Assembly (NCBI RefSeq): GCF_009914755.1
Contig: NC_060937.1
Strand: one strand, 5' to 3'
DNA: 64,000 bases
Origin: the human T2T-CHM13v2.0 reference genome, Homo sapiens
The position numbers and the translations under genes are program-made. Under the pieces are notes generated by a model. It had not been told where the DNA came from, did no database searches, and saw only the letters and a program-made list of their open reading frames with translations. Positions 60,201-64,000 of the stretch are shown in pieces (positions within the stretch are counted from its first letter, which is position 1; every line of letters starts with the position of its first letter).

Positions 60201-61300
60201 TTCCATTCCATTCCATTCCATTACACTCCACTCTACTCCATTCTACTCCACTCCACTCCGTTACATTCTATTCCACTCCAGTCCATTCCATTCCACTGAA
60301 CTCCACTCCACTCTATTCCATTCCATTCCACTCCAATCCATTCCATTCCACTGTACTCTACTCCACTCTATTCCATTCCATTCCACTCCACTCCACTCCA
60401 CTCCATTCCATTCCATTACATACCATTCTGATCTATTCCCTTCCTCTTCACTCCACTCTATTCCATTCCATTCCATTCCATGCCATTCAATTCCATGCCA
60501 TTCCATTCCACTGCACTCCGATTAACTCCATACAACTCCATTCCATTCCACTCCATAACACTCCATTCTGTTCTGTTCCATTTTGTTTCATTCCATTCCA
60601 TTCCATTCCGTTCCATTCCATTCTATTCCACTCCATGGCATTCCATTCCACTCCATTCCATTCTACTCCACTCCACTCCACTCCACTGCTTTCCATTCCA
60701 CTCGACTCCCCTCAACTCTGTTCCATTCCGTCCCGTTCCATTCTCTTCCTTTCCATTCCATTCCACTCCATTCCTTTCTTCTCCTCTCCATTCCACTCCA
60801 CTCCATTTCACTCCATTACAATCCATTTCATTCCACACCACTCCTCTCAACTCCATTCCTTTCCATTCAATTCCTCTCCACTCCTTTCCATTCCATTTCA
60901 TTCCACTGCACTCAGATCCACTGCCCTCAACTCCATTCCACTCCACTCCATTCCATTTAATTCCTCTGCACTCAAATCCACTGCACTCAACTCCACTCCA
61001 CTCTGTTCCCTTCCATTCCATTGCATTGCATTCCATTCTGTTCCAATTAATTCCATTCCATGCCACTCCACTGCATTCCACTCCATTCCACTCCACTCCA
61101 CTCCACTCCATTCCACTATAATCAATTCCATTCCACTGCACTCTGATCCACTCCAATGAACTCCACTCCACTCCATTCATGTCCTTTCCACTCCGTTCTG
61201 TTCCCTTCCGTTCCATTATGTTCCACTCCATTCCATTCCACTCCATTGCATTCCACTCCATTCCACTCCACTCAACTTAACTCCATTCCACTCCACTCCA
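57230..61300. repeat. ~1.4-kb higher-order unit in about three tandem copies
   Basis: GATTAACTCCA occurs at 57711, 59140 and 60520. CTCGACTCCCCTCAACTCTG and CCAATTAATTCC each recur three times at similar offsets. Boundaries are approximate. Confidence 0.85.
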
Positions 61301-64000
61301 CTTAACTCCATTCCATTCCATTCCATTCCATTCTTTTCCAATCCACTCCATGCCATTCAACTCCACTGCATTCCATTCCATTTGACTGCACTCCATTCTA
61401 TTCCATTCCATTTTGTTCCATTCCACTGTCCTCCAATCCACTCCACTCAACTGCACTCCACTCCGCTCCACTCCATTCCATTCCATTCCATTCCATTTCA
61501 TTCCACTCCTTTCCATTCCATTGCACTAAATTCCTTTCCATTCCACACCACTCCATTGCATTCCATTCCACACCATTCCATTTCATTCCACTCCATTCCA
61601 TTGCATTCCACTAGATTCAATTACATTCCACTCCACTCAACTCCACTCCACTCTACTCAGTTCCGTTCTGTTACATTCCATTCTGTTCCTTTCCATTCCA
61701 TTCCATTCCCTTCCGCTCCACTTTATTCCATTCCACTCTATTCCATTCCACTCCCCTCCACTCCACTCCGCTCCACTCCACTCAACTCCATTCCACTCCA
61801 CTCCACTCTACTCCAATTTGTTCCATTCCGTTCCTTTCCATTCTGTTCCATTGCCTTCCATTCTACTCCATTCCATTCCACTCCACTCCACTCCATTTTA
61901 CTAAATTCCACTTCATTCATCTCCACTCCACTCCACTCCATTACATTCCATTTCATTGCACTCCACTCCATTCCATTCCATTCCTTTCCATTCCATTCAA
62001 TTCCATGCCACTCCACTGCACTCCAATCCACTCCACTCAAATCCATTCCACTCCACTCCATTCTGTTCTGTTTCATTCCATTGCTTTCCATTCCATTCCT
62101 TTCCATTCCATTCAATTTCATTCCATTCCACTGCATTCCATTCCACTCCATTACACTCCACTCCACTCCACTCGAATCCACTCCACTCCACTCCATTCCA
62201 CTACACTACACTCCATTCCATTCCATTCCATTCCACTGCAACTCCGATTCACTCCACTCCATTCCACTACACTACACTCCATTCCATTCCATTCCATTCC
62301 ATTCCACTGCAACTCCGATTCACTCCACTGAATTCCAATCCACTTCACTCCATTGCATTCAATTCAATGCCACCCCACTCCTTTCCATTCAATTTATTTC
62401 CATTCCATTCCGTTCCACTGCACTCCGATTAGCTCCGCTAAACTCCACTCCACTCCACTCCTCCCCGTTCCTTTCTGTTCCATTCCATTCCATTCCATTC
62501 CAATCCGTACAATTCCATTCCATTCCACACCACTCAATTCCATACAACTCCATAGCACTCCACTCCACTCCAACTCACTCCAATCGACTCCACTCAACTC
62601 CACTCCTCTCCACTCCACTGCACTCCATTCCACTCTGATCCCCTCCAGTCCACTCCACTCCATTCCATTCTGTTCCATTCCATTTCCTTTCGTTCTGTTC
62701 CATTCATCTCCATTCCATTCCTTTCCATTCCACTCGATTCCACTCCACTAAATTCCACTCCACTCTATTCCACTCCACTCCACTCCATATCACTCCATTC
62801 CATTTCACTCCACTTCATTACATTCTACTGCATTCCATTCAACTCCTTTATTTCCACTGGATGTCACTCTGTCACTCAAACTGGAGTGCAGTGGCACAAT
62901 CTTAGCTCACATTTCATTTCACAATTCCATTCCATTCCATTCCATTTCATTCCATTCCTTTCCATTCCATTCCACTCTCTTCAACTCCAATCCACTACAC
63001 TCCATTCCACTTCTCTGCATCCCACTCCAGTACACTGGAATCCACTCCAATCCACTCCACTCCATTCCACTACCCTCTACTCCATTCCATTCCACTCCAT
63101 ACCACTTCATAACAATCCACTCCAATCCTTTCCACTCCACTCCACTCAATTCCACTGCAATCCACTCCAATCCATTCCATTCCATTCCAATCCACTCCAT
63201 TCCATTCCATTGCATTCCCTTCCAATCCACTCTACTCCATTCAATTTCGTTCCCCTCCAATCCTCTCCACTCCACTCCATTCCACTCAATTCCATTCCAC
63301 TCCACTCAATTCCATTCCATTCTACTCCATTCCACTCCACGCTACTCCACTCCACTCCACTCCACTCCACTTAATTTTATTCCATTCCATTCCATTCCAT
63401 TCCATTCCATTCCATTCCATACCATTCCACTCCACTCCACTCCAATCCAATCCGTTCCATTCCACTGCACTCTGATCCACTCCACTCAACTCCACTCCAT
63501 TCCACTTCATTCCATTTGATTCATTGCCACACCCCTCCTTTCCATTCTATTCCATTCCATTCCATTCCATTCCACTGCACTCCTATCCACTCCACTCAAC
63601 TCCCCTCCACTCCACTATTTTCCATTCCATTCCATTCCATTCCATTCCTTTCCATTCCATTCATTTCCATTCCATTCCATGCCACTCCATTCCATTCAAC
63701 TCCATTGAACTCTAATCCACTAAACTCCAATCCAATCCACTCCACTCCACTCCACTACGTTCCACTCCACTACACTCCACTACACTCCACTACTCTCCAC
63801 TCTGTTCCATTCCGTTCCTTTCCATTCCATTCTGTTCTGTTCTGTTACATTCCACTCCATTCCATTCCATTCCACTCCAATGCACTCCAATCCATTTCAC
63901 TGCATTCAACTCCATTCCACTCCACTCCAATCCACTTCACTCCATTCCATTCCGCTCCTTTGCATTCCATTCCACTCCATTCTATTCCATTCCATTCCAC

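Overview
This is non-genic pericentromeric heterochromatin from a great ape, probably human; I find no credible protein-coding or RNA genes. Bases 1-28014 are divergent, monomeric ~171-bp alpha satellite with A-type boxes and no CENP-B box that I could see. It falls into at least two sequence layers, with a switch near 20.8 kb to an alternating dimer-like layer. Three retrotransposons interrupt it: a 5'-truncated L1PA3-like element (minus strand), a 5'-truncated L1PA2-like element (plus strand), and a full-length SVA_C-like element carrying a ~200-bp 3' transduction inside its target-site duplication (TSD). At 28014/28015 the sequence switches abruptly to a Satellite-III-like (CCATT/CCACT)n array that runs to the end of the window. 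The most striking structure lies in this array: about 41 copies, counted by eye, of a conserved ~80-bp cassette whose core is a ~56-bp CpG-decayed Alu 3'-end fragment. Cassettes are separated by variable-length pentamer tracts, and both their density and their sequence variants change with distance from the alpha junction. A full-length AluYa5-like element has inserted into one cassette. All ORFs in the track are satellite or TE translation artefacts, apart from broken L1 ORF2 C-terminal pieces. Subfamily calls rest on recalled consensus sequences, not on a search.
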